A stretch of DNA of 64,000 bases. Source: Candidatus Latescibacterota bacterium (GTDB taxonomy: Bacteria; Latescibacterota; UBA2968; SICM01). A program made the translations under genes and the position numbers. Positions within the stretch are counted from its first letter, which is position 1, and each line of letters starts with the position of its first letter. The notes below the pieces were generated by a model. The model was not told the DNA's origin, made no database searches, and saw only the letters and a list, made by a program, of their open reading frames with translations. Shown piece after piece: positions 1-10,708 of the stretch. The stretch covers positions 864,001-928,000 of the forward strand of contig CBDCJO010000002.1 of the NCBI GenBank assembly GCA_965217865.1, read 5' to 3'.

Positions 1-11
1 CCCTTGAGGCC

Positions 12-1961
12 GTGCAAATCCGCCTCGACTCACCCATCCCCCTTGGATATAGCTCCGCCGGGTTGGCTTTAAGAGTCGCACAGGACGTTGAAGGGATCGG
101 GGCAGGAAATCGGGTGGCGTGTGCCGGGGCCGGATACGCCAATCATGCAGAGCTCAACTTTGTGCCCAAAAATCTGGTCGCAAGGATTCCCGAAGGGGTG
201 TCCTATGAAGAGGCTGCCTTCACGACAGTTGCCAGCATTGCCCTTCAAGGGATCCGTCTTGCGGATGTCCAACTGGGGGAGCGGATAGCCGTCGTCGGGT
301 TGGGATTGGTCGGGCAGATTACGGTTCAGTTGTTGAAGGCGGCGGGGTGCCGAGTGTTGGGAATGGACATCGATTCTTTTGTAATCACAAAGGCGCAAGA
401 AAGCGGTGCCGACTTCGCCATCAACAATTCTTCGGAAAATGTGGGAGCCATTGTTGCATCTTTCACAAATGGATATGGTGTTGATGTAACTTTGATAACG
501 GCTTCGACCCCGAGCGATGGACCTATTGAGCTGGCAGGAGAGATTACGCGGGAGAAGGGGCGGGTAATCGTGGTTGGGGGAGTCGGGCTGAAGGTGCCCA
601 GGGAGCCTTATTATTTAAAAGAGATCGACCTCAAGATCTCCCGATCCTATGGGCCGGGAAGGTATGACCCGTCTTACGAAGAGGGCGGGATCGACTATCC
701 GTACGCCTATGTCCGTTTCACTGAACAGCGAAATATGTCAACCGTTTTGGAGATGATGGCCACCAGGAAGCTGAATGTCCTGCCTTTGATCACCCATCGA
801 TTTCCATTTGAACGGGCTTCAGACGCCTATGACTTGATCGCGGGAGGGAATGAAGAGCGTTATATCGGTATTGTTCTGGAATATACGACGGGGGCTCCAT
901 CGACAGAGGCAGTATCCCTATCAGGGAAGCCGACTCCGGTCACAGATATACGGATCGGTGCGATTGGTGCGGGCAATTATGCAACGGCTTATCTTTTTCC
1001 TCACCTAAAGGATCATCCAAAAGTGGGGTTCCGCCGCATCTGTACGGCTAGAGGATTATCCGCCCGAACACAGGGGGGACGATTCGGGTTTGTGGAAGCT
1101 GTCAGCACCCCGGATGAGGTCATCCGAGATGAAGCGACCAACCTGGTGATGGTCCTCACGCGCCACGACGGCCACGCATCCAACGTCGTGCGAGCGCTTG
1201 AAGCGGGGAAACATGTCTATGTGGAAAAGCCTTTATGTTTGAATGAAAACGAGTTGTCCGAAATCGAACGTGCTTACGCAAAGGCAGCAGATGAACACGG
1301 CGCGACGTTGACGGTCGGTTTCAACCGCCGTTTTGCTCCGCTGACTCGTAAAATTAAGGCGCATTTTGATCTTCTCCCAGGGCCGAAGGTCGTACAGATT
1401 CGGGTTAACGCCGGTCCTCTTTCCAAAGATCATTGGATTCACGACCCGGTCCAGGGGGGGGGGAGAATCGTCGGGGAAGGGTGTCACTTTATCGACCTGC
1501 TCCTTCACTTGGTAAATTCCCGTCCTTCTTCGGTATATGCAATCGGCAACGGGAATGATTCGGCGGTCCTAAAACAGGATGCTGCGATCTCGGTTTCCTT
1601 CGAAGATGGGTCAATAGGATCCGTGATTTATACTTCCTTAGGAGACGATCGATTTCCCAAGGAGCGCATCGAAGTCTATGGGGGAAACTCGGTGGGTCTT
1701 ATCGACGATTTCCGCTCTGGATTGATTGTTGCAGATGGGCGGGAGAGCAGATTGAGATCGAGGAAGCAGGACAAGGGGCAGAGGAATATGCTGGATCGTC
1801 TTGTGGAGGTGTTGACGGAGGAAGGGAAACCGATTATCCCATTTAACCAACTGTCTGTTAGCACACGAATTACGGTTGCTGTAATTAACTCGATGCTTTC
1901 CGGAAAAACGGCTAAGCCCGTTGACATTGGATCTGCAAGGATCGATGAAGTCTCTGTATGA
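12..1961 (+). CDS. Bi-domain oxidoreductase (Zn-ADH/MDR-like + Gfo/Idh/MocA), probably 5'-truncated by the window edge
   Basis: PLGYS and GLGLVG motifs in the N-terminal MDR domain; GAGNYA, HVYVEKP, VGFNRRF and GGRIVGEGCHFID in the C-terminal domain; typical of polysaccharide loci. Confidence 0.85.
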   Translation: MQIRLDSPIPLGYSSAGLALRVAQDVEGIGAGNRVACAGAGYANHAELNFVPKNLVARIPEGVSYEEAAFTTVASIALQGIRLADVQLGERIAVVGLGLVGQITVQLLKAAGCRVLGMDIDSFVITKAQESGADFAINNSSENVGAIVASFTNGYGVDVTLITASTPSDGPIELAGEITREKGRVIVVGGVGLKVPREPYYLKEIDLKISRSYGPGRYDPSYEEGGIDYPYAYVRFTEQRNMSTVLEMMATRKLNVLPLITHRFPFERASDAYDLIAGGNEERYIGIVLEYTTGAPSTEAVSLSGKPTPVTDIRIGAIGAGNYATAYLFPHLKDHPKVGFRRICTARGLSARTQGGRFGFVEAVSTPDEVIRDEATNLVMVLTRHDGHASNVVRALEAGKHVYVEKPLCLNENELSEIERAYAKAADEHGATLTVGFNRRFAPLTRKIKAHFDLLPGPKVVQIRVNAGPLSKDHWIHDPVQGGGRIVGEGCHFIDLLLHLVNSRPSSVYAIGNGNDSAVLKQDAAISVSFEDGSIGSVIYTSLGDDRFPKERIEVYGGNSVGLIDDFRSGLIVADGRESRLRSRKQDKGQRNMLDRLVEVLTEEGKPIIPFNQLSVSTRITVAVINSMLSGKTAKPVDIGSARIDEVSV

Positions 1962-3152
1962 ACGGACTAAGGTATCACTGGAAGCACTTTACGCGTCTGT
2001 CCGGGTGGCCGATTATGCGGGGTATGATCCCTATGACGGATTAAACAGCCGCCTCTTCCGGGCGTCCCCTTTTTATCAAAACCGATGGGCTCGCCTGCTC
2101 TGGGTTCAGTTTTTCAGGCGGTGTCCGGTTAATCTGCGACAGCTGGTCGGTATCAACCGGGAACCCAATCCCAAGGGATTGGGACTTTTTATATCTGGAC
2201 TTGTCAATCGCTATCGAGCAATCGGCGATCAAACCTACCTTGAGGAAGCCAAGCGGATATCCGACCGCGTTTTGAGTTTGGCGCATACAGGATGGTCGGG
2301 CATTTGTTGGGGGTATAACTTCGATTGGCAATCTCGGACATTTTTTTTGCCCCGCGGCAAGCCCAACTTAATTGCGACGACTTTCGTAGTTAACGGGTTG
2401 CTGGATCTGTACGAGGTAGCGCCTGATGCGATCCTAATCGATGCCGCCCAGAGCGCGTGCGTGTTTTTAAACAAAGATTTGATGCATCGAGAACACAATG
2501 GTTCATGTTACTTCAGCTACATAACGGACAAACCCGCGTTTGTTCACAATGCAAATCTCCTTGGTGCTGCTATGCTGGCCCGGGTTTACTCATTTACCTC
2601 GGATTCAGTGTTAAAAAAATCGCTATCGAGGTTTCTGAGAAGACCGTGTTATATCAGCATGAGGACGGAGCCTGGTTTTATGGGGAACTGCCGTTTCAGA
2701 GATGGATAGATAATTTTCATACAGGTTATAACTTGGTCGCTCTTAATAAGGTCAGTCATTTTCTCAACGAGCCTGGTTTCAATGAAGCGATCAAAAAAGG
2801 ATATCGATTCTATAAAAATACCTTTTTCTTAAAAAACGGTTGTCCCAAATATTTTCACGATCGTGTATATCCCATCGACATCCACGCGTGCGCTCAAGCT
2901 GTGGTCACATTTCTGATGCTGGAGGAGGACATAGATGGTGCCTTGTCTTTGGCCGGCCGGACTTTGGAATGGACGATTCGACATATGGAGATTAAGCCAG
3001 GTCGATTCATGTATCAGAGGCACGGTTGGTGGATCAATCCCATATCATATACTCGATGGGAACAGGCCTGGATGTTTTATGCTATGGCACTCTTCCTGTG
3101 CGTTGTGAAAAACGAAACCGATCAACAAAGACCTGATCATCCTGAGATTTGA
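1945..3152 (+). pseudogene. (alpha/alpha)6-barrel polysaccharide-locus protein, frameshifted at an A7 run (2613-2619)
   Basis: GYDPYDGLNS, WGYNFDWQSR and VHNANLLGA in ORF 1921-2709 continue as GAWFYGE, WIDNFHTGY and YPIDIH in ORF 2457-3152; adding one A joins the frames (..SVLKK-IAIEVS..). Confidence 0.75.
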
Positions 3153-3156
3153 ACCT

Positions 3157-4032
3157 ATGGCCACGGTTTGGGTCGACCTCGATAACGCCCCTCACGTTCC
3201 ATTCTTCCGGCCTCTCATCCACACTCTGGAGATAGATGGCCACGAACTCGTGATCACTTTTCGAGATCACGGGTACATTTCTGAACTCTTACAACTGTAT
3301 GATATACGGGCAATACGAATTGGTCGTTATGCCGGGGAAAGTAAATTATTAAAGGCAGCCGGCTTGGCTTCCCGAGTCGTTCAGCTTGTACGATTCGGGA
3401 TGGAAAAGCCGATCGATGTGGCCGTGAGCCACGGATCCCGTGCCCTCGTTCTGGCTTGCCGTGTCCTTAATATCCCGAGCGTAACGATGTATGACTACGA
3501 GTTTGTCTCCACGGGTTTGTTTAACCGACTATCCACAAAGGTGATGCTACCGGATGGCCTCCCGGACGATCGCCTCAGGGTCCTTGGGCTTTCAGAAAAG
3601 AAGGTTCTTAAATACTCAGGATTTAAGGAGGAAGTATATGTTACTGATTTTACGCCAGATGGAAGAATTCTGACAGATCTCGATCTTGATGTCGGTCGAG
3701 TTATTGTCCTCCTTAGGCCACCGGCAACGATGGCCCACTATCGATATCTGGCCGAGAATGGAATTCTGGGATTGGGGGCAATTCTCGCAGTGTTTGTAGG
3801 GCTTTTTAGAACACTACTACAGCAGATTGGGAAAGGGGGTAACCAAAAGGCGTTGGGGGCAAGTCTTTCTCCGGATTTTATTGCGGGACTGGTTGCAGGC
3901 CTTTCGGGTTTTTTTGTGGATTTGATCACTTGCAGTGCCCTTCATGTTCCGCTTACACGGCTGACGTTCTGGATGCTGGCTGGCCTCTCTCTAGCTTGGG
4001 TTCGAATTTCAGGAAATCGAAGCATGGGTTGA
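3157..4032 (+). pseudogene. Chimeric ORF: DUF354-family N-terminus fused at ~3741 to an O-antigen ligase/polymerase-like membrane C-terminus
   Basis: VWVDLDNAPHVPFF..SHGSR..RPPATMAHY (DUF354) switches abruptly to YLAENGILGLG plus transmembrane helices (Wzy_C/WaaL-like). Confidence 0.65.
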
Positions 4033-5385
4033 TCGTCCGGTTATCTAACTTTCGAAATATTCCATGGCGCATCACATTATCTACATCTGTATCATTCTGA
4101 TCTTTCTCGCAGGACTCGGATTCATAGAACACCTGACGTGGAAAGAATGCTTGCGGTTGTTTTTGATCCAGATTGGGCTGATGTTTCTCTACATCAAATT
4201 TCGCGTTCATCTTGAAATTCCAAATCAGAAAGTCAGCCGGCCCAACAAAAGCGACAAACTCCATTCCGGATCCATTGTCGTTGCTCTGGTCGTTTCGTTT
4301 GTGATTTCACAGTTTGATCCCGCCACGTCGTCGGCTTCCTTTGGAGAACCAGGTGGCCGTTTGAATCCCTTCTTCATCATATCCACGGTTTTGTCCTGTG
4401 CGGCGTTTTCTACCTTTGCAATTGCACGTGGGCGTGAGCTTCGATTTCGATACCTGACATCCCTGGACCGGGTCGCATCCGTTGTTATTTTCGGAACCAT
4501 TGGGATGTCGTTGGGATCCAAACAGCTCCTGGGATACGGGATCTCGGGTTCGGATCTCCTTGCCCAGGTGAAGATTCTAAGTTTTCTTCTCATCTGGTTT
4601 GCTGTGACGCGCAGTTTCTCGGACCCCGAATGGAAGGGCCTTCCGGTACAGGATGGCAGGTTTGCGGGTATTTTGGCGGATCGTTGGAAAGGGACGCTGA
4701 TTGCGGTGTCCCTTATTTTTGTTCCTGCACTGATGTATGGGATCTACAGGACAGGAGCTGTTGTGTATCATTATAAAATTGGCCAGGAGTTTTTTCAGAC
4801 GGAGGAATTGGAAGCTGGAAGACAACATTTCGAGGTTTCCAACAAGCTGAATAGGACGGTGGATCTTAGGCAGGTGCGGGTAGGCTGTCTGAGCGATCTC
4901 GCTGTTATTAATCTAAAACAGGGAGATGATAAAGCTGGCCGGGAAATGATTGCCGAGCTCCGAGGTGCGATTTACAACAAAGCGGAAGCAAACCGAAAGG
5001 TCGGAGATGTATATTTTAAAGTCGGAATGTGGGCGGAGATGAGCGAGGCATACGAAGCGTTCATTGGACAGGCGGGAAAGGATATCGAGGTTTTAGATCG
5101 CCTTGGGGAGGCATATATGCATCAAGGGAATTCCCGAGGGTTCCTAAATATGGTTCGAGACTATCAGTATATGCCTCAAGTGGTTGCGGGTGCTTAGGAG
5201 GGAAATATTTTTCTGGGGAATGTGGACTTTTATCGAAAAGATTTTGAGACAGCTCTGGGTCATTTCAAAGCAGCCGCCCGGTTGAAGCCGGAGGATTCAT
5301 ATTCACTATACAAATTGGGAAGGACTTACCTTGAACAGGATAAATACGACCTGGCGATAAGGCAGTTTCAGAAGGCCGTGAAATT

Positions 5386-6160
5386 GGTAATTATGCACTT
5401 GACTAAGTTACTATTTCATATTGACGGGCCAAGAAAGAGAGGTTATCATGGGTAGATGGCTAAGTTCTTCTTCGTTTTTCGGGCATTGTATGCCGTCGGC
5501 TCTGGGGCCATTGGATTGGCTGGAGTTAGCGATGATATCAAAGTGTGGAAAAACGAGTGGTTGCCCATGTTGAATCTGGAACTAGGAGTAAGTGTTGCGT
5601 TGCTCGCTTCAGCGCCGATTGTCCTCCTTGGACCTTGGTTATGGTCTGTCATCCGCCCTTCTCCGATATCTAAGCCGGAGAAGGGCGAATTATCAACCGA
5701 GCAGCTGGAGGAAGCATACAACGCTGTATCCATTGGCCATTCACCTGAGCCAATTTGGTATGTGGCATTAAGAGTAGAAGACGCTGTATTCGGTGCTTCT
5801 GACTTTATGAACCCGAGTACCAGCATTTCGTCAAGATCAGACAGAGCGCACATTCCAAAGCACGAGGACGCATACGTAGCGTTCGCCATACCAGCATATC
5901 TGGCCGATCCTATCAACGTTGACCCCGACGACCAAGGTCTAAATCAATTTTCAGCTTTCACGGAAATTGGCACTCTCCGTATCCATGGCAAAGATTACAA
6001 GGCGTGGAGGTCTAACCAGAAATGGATGATCCATACCGATATGGTGCTGGTAGTCAAGCTGCTACCAATTCCCGGTACGTGATATTGTCCGTGTTCATGA
6101 TTCTGCGGAGCGTATCGTGGAACAGGCGAGGATTGTTCCTTAGTCAAGTGCATAATCACC
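5386..6160. mobile_element. Non-autonomous IS1595-like mini-element with one passenger gene and no transposase
   Basis: 22-bp TIRs GGTAATTATGCACTTGACTAAG / GGTGATTATGCACTTGACTAAG (1 mismatch); 8-bp target duplication GTGAAATT at 5378-5385 and 6161-6168; interrupts the TPR gene. Confidence 0.9.
5456..6082 (+). CDS. Hypothetical membrane-anchored protein (passenger of the mini-element)
   Basis: 208-aa ORF filling the element, with N-terminal hydrophobic segments. The start is uncertain: an RBS-preceded ATG at 5448 is out of frame. Confidence 0.65.
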   Translation: MAKFFFVFRALYAVGSGAIGLAGVSDDIKVWKNEWLPMLNLELGVSVALLASAPIVLLGPWLWSVIRPSPISKPEKGELSTEQLEEAYNAVSIGHSPEPIWYVALRVEDAVFGASDFMNPSTSISSRSDRAHIPKHEDAYVAFAIPAYLADPINVDPDDQGLNQFSAFTEIGTLRIHGKDYKAWRSNQKWMIHTDMVLVVKLLPIPGT

Positions 6161-6527
6161 GTGAAATTGGATCCGGGTTTTGCCGACTCATACTACCGGC
6201 TTGGGGTTTGCTATGAAAAACAGGGAAATCGAGGACGGGCAAATGGTTTATATGAAAAGACTGTTGCTTTGTTGCCGAACCACATCGACGGGCTCCTGGC
6301 GCTTCGGCGCACGCAAGAGAAATAGTCCATCCTGCTTGCTTATCAACCCGATCGGATGTTTTGATAAGATCCCGATCCCTCTATAAAAGATCCCTCAAGG
6401 CTTATCTTTCCTGAAGAATTCGTAGGTTCTGCCGAAATATCATATAAGCTATTGATCTAAATTGAATTATTCCTGGTGGCGACGCAATAAACTTTTCCAA
6501 CCAAAGAAATATTTCCTGATATATGTC

Positions 6528-6556
6528 TTGACCTATTTCATTGATAGGCCTACATT
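6528..6556 (+). promoter_or_regulatory. Sigma70-like promoter with overlapping palindromic operator upstream of the XRE gene
   Basis: TTGACC-17 bp-TACATT; inverted repeat CCTAT-N7-ATAGG at 6532-6548. Confidence 0.55.
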
Positions 6557-6578
6557 TAGTGTCTGATGGAGGAAGATT

Positions 6579-6779
6579 ATGAATGGCCGAGATGTTCAAT
6601 CCTTACGATTGAAAATGGGACTCTCCCGCAATCAGTTCGCCTATCGGATCGGGGCCACCGAAAGGACGGTTTTCCGTTGGGAAGAGGAAGGAAAAAAGCC
6701 GAGTCCTATGGCCCTCAGGCTCCTCGAGATGCTCTCTGAAAAGATCTCCATAGGGGTTGATAATTCGAGAGGTAATTGA
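6579..6779 (+). CDS. XRE/Cro-family helix-turn-helix protein
   Basis: LRLKMGLSRNQFAYRIGATERTVFRWEEEGKKPS; GGAGG RBS upstream. Confidence 0.85.
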   Translation: MNGRDVQSLRLKMGLSRNQFAYRIGATERTVFRWEEEGKKPSPMALRLLEMLSEKISIGVDNSRGN

Positions 6780-6821
6780 TCTAGGGTTGGGATTCCTGGT
6801 GGTGCATCGAATTCCCAGTGA

Positions 6822-6989
6822 CCCCTCGAAGTGGCCGAATCGATCGATATGCTGCGCTGTTTGGAGCACGGGTATGATGTGAAGATGGTAGAGTCGGAAT
6901 ATGAGACCCACGCCGTGGATACCCCTGAAGATCTCCGGATTGTCGAACAGATGATGGAGGGAGATCCTCTGTTTCCGAAATATTCCTGA
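6822..6989 (+). pseudogene. 3' remnant of a KdsB-like (CMP-Kdo synthetase) cytidylyltransferase
   Basis: Manual translation PLEVAESIDMLRCLEHGYDVKMVESEYETHAVDTPEDLRIVEQMM..*; no start codon, stop codon immediately upstream. Confidence 0.7.
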
Positions 6990-7136
6990 AAGACAGAACT
7001 TCGATTAAACATAAAAGCAGGAGTTTAAAAGTTGGTGGAGAAGACCGAAGTCACCGAATTGATGAACCCTGCGCCAACCCTTCCCCGATTGGCAATTCAC
7101 GGGGGAAATCCGGTTCGCCCCACGATGCTCCCCTAC

Positions 7137-8662
7137 CAGCCTGTTGAAAAAGTGCGTTTATGCCAAGATGACTGTTGTCTTTCCTTGTGGTTTGGTCCTA
7201 TGATATATCAGGTTCAAACTGAGAAGGGAGGACGAGCAAATGGCAATGGGAAAACGAGGACGACAGAGACAGGAAAACCTGTTCATCGCATCGAACACTT
7301 TGGTGAAATCTCCGGGTCATCCGTTCTACGAGAAGCTGAATCAGGTATTGGGGGCGAACGGCTTCGACGAGTTCGTCGAGGGGCTTTGCCAGCGGTATTA
7401 CGCTCCTCATATGGGTCGCAAGGGCATTCCGCCCGGGGTTTATTTTCGGATGCTTTTGATTGGGTATTTCGAGGGACTTGATTCGGAACGTGGGATCGAA
7501 TGGCGTGTATCTGACTCGCTGACGTTGCGCCGGTTTTTGGGGTATGCCCTTGACGAACAGACCCCGGATCATTCCAGCCTGTCTCGCATCCGGCATCGGC
7601 TTCCCTTGGAAGTTCACGAAGCGGTTTTCAAGTGGATCCTGAGGGTCTTGTGCAAAGCGGGTCTGGTGAAGGGGAAGACGTTGGGCGTGGATGCTACGAC
7701 ACTGGAGGCCAACGCCGCGATGCGCAGCATTGTACGCCGTGACACGGGTGAAGGCTACCAGGCATTCCTTGAGAATCTGGCCAAGGCCTCGGGCATTGAA
7801 ACGCCTACCCGCGAGGACTTGTCCAAGATCGATAAGAAGCGACCGAAGAAGGGATCGAACCAGGACTGGGAGCACCCGCACGACCCGGATGCCAAGATCG
7901 CTAAGATGAAGGACGGTCGCACGCACATGGCGCACAAGGTGGAGCACGCGGTGGATCTGGACACCAATGCCATTGTGGCAGTGGCGTTGTCGGGAGCAGA
8001 TGAAGGAGATACCGAGTCGTTGCCCTGGACGCTGCTCGAGGCGCAGCTCAATCTCAAGCAGGTCGCGAAGGACGAAAAAGCTGCCAAACGTTTGCACAGA
8101 CAGCGTATACGGGAGGTGGTTGCGGACAAAGGATATCATAGCAACGATGTATTGACCAGTCTGAAGCAAGGCGGCATCCGGAGTTACATTTCAGAACCGG
8201 ATCGGGGACGCCGCAAGTGGAACGGCCGACGAGATGAGCAGGCCGCGGTATATGCGAATCGACGCCGGATCAAGGGAGATCGCGGCAAGGCCTTGCGCCG
8301 AAGTCGTGCAGAACGGGTGGAAAGAACCATCGCTCACACATATGATACCGGTGGCATGCGCAGGTTGCACTTGAGAGACCGCGGCAATATCCTCAAGCGT
8401 TTGCTGATCCACATCGGGGGCTGCAACCTGGCTCTGCTCATGCGCAAAGTGATGGGCGTAGGTACTCCGAAGGCCCTCCAGGACCTGGCCAAGGCCTTGC
8501 AGCGTCTACTGCTCGTCCTACAATCACGTTTGCTGCCCTCGGTCACCTTTTTAACCTCTTATCAGCGTCTCCTGCTCAATCTCCTTACCTTGATTTATCC
8601 GACCCGCACTCCAGGCGTCTTTTCCGTTTATGTGCGTTGAAAGGTAGTTCTTCAACGGGCTG
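7137..8662 (+). mobile_element. IS1182/IS5-like insertion sequence, copy 1 (1526 bp)
   Basis: TIRs CAGCCTGTTGAAAAAGT / CAGCCCGTTGAAGAACT; 4-bp duplication CTAC at 7133-7136 and 8663-8666. Confidence 0.9.
7240..8640 (+). CDS. DDE transposase (DUF772 + DDE; IS1182/IS5-like)
   Basis: TPDHSSLSR, GVDATTLEANA, VADKGY and RVER motifs. Confidence 0.9.
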   Translation: MAMGKRGRQRQENLFIASNTLVKSPGHPFYEKLNQVLGANGFDEFVEGLCQRYYAPHMGRKGIPPGVYFRMLLIGYFEGLDSERGIEWRVSDSLTLRRFLGYALDEQTPDHSSLSRIRHRLPLEVHEAVFKWILRVLCKAGLVKGKTLGVDATTLEANAAMRSIVRRDTGEGYQAFLENLAKASGIETPTREDLSKIDKKRPKKGSNQDWEHPHDPDAKIAKMKDGRTHMAHKVEHAVDLDTNAIVAVALSGADEGDTESLPWTLLEAQLNLKQVAKDEKAAKRLHRQRIREVVADKGYHSNDVLTSLKQGGIRSYISEPDRGRRKWNGRRDEQAAVYANRRRIKGDRGKALRRSRAERVERTIAHTYDTGGMRRLHLRDRGNILKRLLIHIGGCNLALLMRKVMGVGTPKALQDLAKALQRLLLVLQSRLLPSVTFLTSYQRLLLNLLTLIYPTRTPGVFSVYVR

Positions 8663-9805
8663 CTACGGCCGCCAGTGCCTGGATGAGGACGATATACAGG
8701 CAGTGAACGAGGTGTTGCGATCAGACTGGCTGACAACCGGTCCAAAAATCGAAGCGTTCGAACGGGCGTTCGCAGAGTTCGTCGGGTCACCGAATGCTGT
8801 GGCGGTATCGAGTGGGACTGCGGCCCTACACGCGGCTGTTTTTGCGGCAGGCGTTTCCCCAGGTGATGAGGTGATTACCTCTCCGATGACTTTTGCAGCC
8901 ACGGCAAATTCCGTCGTGTTTCAAGGCGGAATCCCGGTTTTCGTTGACGTTGATCCAGAGACGCTTTTGATCGATCCTGGCGGTGTTGAGGACAGAATCT
9001 CGGATCGCACCAAGGCCATTATTGCAGTCGACTATGCCGGCCAACCGTGTGATTACGACGCATTGCGCGATATTTCCAGCAGACATCATCTGGTCTTATT
9101 GTCCGATGCGTGTCACATGCACTCGGGGGGAGCGATAAAGGACGACCCACAGGCACCCTGGGTGATCTGAATGCCTTCAGTTTTCATCCTGTCAAGCATA
9201 TGACCACGGGTGAAGGCGGGATGATCACAACCCACGACGATGATTGGGCAAAAAGGATGCGGGAGTTTCGAAATCACGGCATCACGAGCGACCATCGTCA
9301 ACGGTCCCAAATGGGGGATTTTTTCTATGAAATGGTGGATCTCGGATACAATTACCGCCTGAGCGACATCCATTGTGCGCTCGGAATCAGCCAGCTGGAA
9401 AAATTGCACAAATTCGTTCAAAGACGTCAGGAGATCGCTGCGATCTATGACGATGCGCTTTCAGAAATTCCCTATGTCCATCCACTTGGAAAGCGGCCGT
9501 ATGTCTCGCACGCCTACCATTTGTATATGGTGCAGTTTGATTTAAAAAGCCTGGGTATGGATCGCGCCGCGATATTCTCCGCATTGCGAGCGGAAAACAT
9601 CGGTGTCCACGTCCATTACATTCCGGTCCATCTGCATCCTTTCTATCGAAATCGATTCAAAACAGGTCGAGGACTCTGTCCGGTTGCCGAAAGTTCATAT
9701 GAGAGATTGATTAGTTTGCCAATCTTTCCCAATATGGACGAATCGGATGTAGAGGATGTGATCCATGCCATCAAGAAGCTGGCCGGGAATCAGGTTAGTT
9801 AAAAA

Positions 9806-10171
9806 ATGGAAAAGTCCCTCGGAAGGCCAAACAAGATGTTATTCCTTAAAAAGAATAGTTTGGAGAAAGATACAATTAAACTGAGACCGGCAACGATCCA
9901 GGATGCAGATTTGCTCTTGGAATGGCGTAATGATCCTGAAACAAGGAGTGCGAGCCACAAGACCGCAGTTGTGCAGAGGGAAGAACACATTTCCTGGTTG
10001 CTAAAAACCCTGGACAACCCAAGCCGGAGGTTATTAATTGCTGAAGAGAATGAGGTTCCCGTTGGTACCGTTCGCGCAGATTTTTCTGATGGTGTTTATG
10101 AGCTTTCTTGGACAGTAGCCCCTGATGCAAGAGGGTACGGTGTGGGAAAATGTGAAGGGATAGCAAGATGA
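9806..10171 (+). pseudogene. PseH-like GNAT acetyltransferase, apparently 3'-truncated
   Basis: LRPATIQDADLLLEWRND..EEHISW; ends just after the acetyl-CoA motif RGYGVGK. Confidence 0.6.
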
Positions 10172-10708
10172 CCCAGCCGGCGGGTTGAATGAATCGTCCT
10201 AAATCCCCATAATTTGATTGACTTAGGAAAATAGTTCTACATTTCAGCAATTATTTCTTATGGCTGACTTCCGGACCCGTGAATTAGACCATAAGAATGC
10301 GAATCGGGCAAAATCGTTCCATGCCCTTAGTTATAAATTTTCGAAAAATTCGATCGGCTTAGTCTATCATAAGACAATGTATAAATTAAGGTTGTTAACA
10401 ATATCCGTAAAGAATACGCTCAATTTGCTCGTTTAATTTCGGTCGGACCATCTTTTTCAAGAACTAATGGATTACATTCAGCATAGATTTTGCTCATTAG
10501 ATATTAAATGTATTGAAGTTGGGATAACGGCCGATATAGAGATTAAGCAGTTCTTCCGACCTCCCCACCCCAAGTCGAGTTTGTCAAATTCAAATCCATC
10601 CCAAAGAATAACCACTGAAAAGAATCCCAGCATAGATTATCTTTCCCGAAAATACTAGGGGGATCCAATGGATTTTGTGGTTGGAGATCCTTCCGGGTGA
10701 TGAGAAGG

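Larger units (their letters stand above)
4064..6325 (+). pseudogene. Membrane protein with C-terminal TPR repeats, broken by an in-frame TAG (5195-5197) and by the 775-bp insertion at 5386-6160
   Basis: ORFs 4064 and 5222 are in the same frame. Removing the insertion gives ..FQKAVKL-DPGFADSYYRLGVCYEKQG..LLPNHIDGLLALRRTQEK*, a continuous TPR ending at 6325. Confidence 0.8.
7032..9802 (+). pseudogene. pseC: PseC-like DegT/DnrJ aminotransferase, interrupted by an IS (7137-8662) and frameshifted at ~9113-9118
   Basis: IS removal restores LPY-GRQ; has WLTTGP, SSGTAALH, FSFHPVKHMTTGEGG and LGYNYRLSD; an extra CA dinucleotide breaks DACHALGG. Confidence 0.8.

Noticed and set aside
5195-5197. In-frame TAG as pyrrolysine or programmed readthrough
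   Set aside because: The same gene is also disrupted by an insertion, no pyl genes are in the window, and TAG ends other genes normally; a nonsense mutation is simpler
7198-8169. 323-aa antisense ORF (also at 27556-28527)
   Set aside because: Shadow frame of the transposase; it is conserved only because the IS is duplicated
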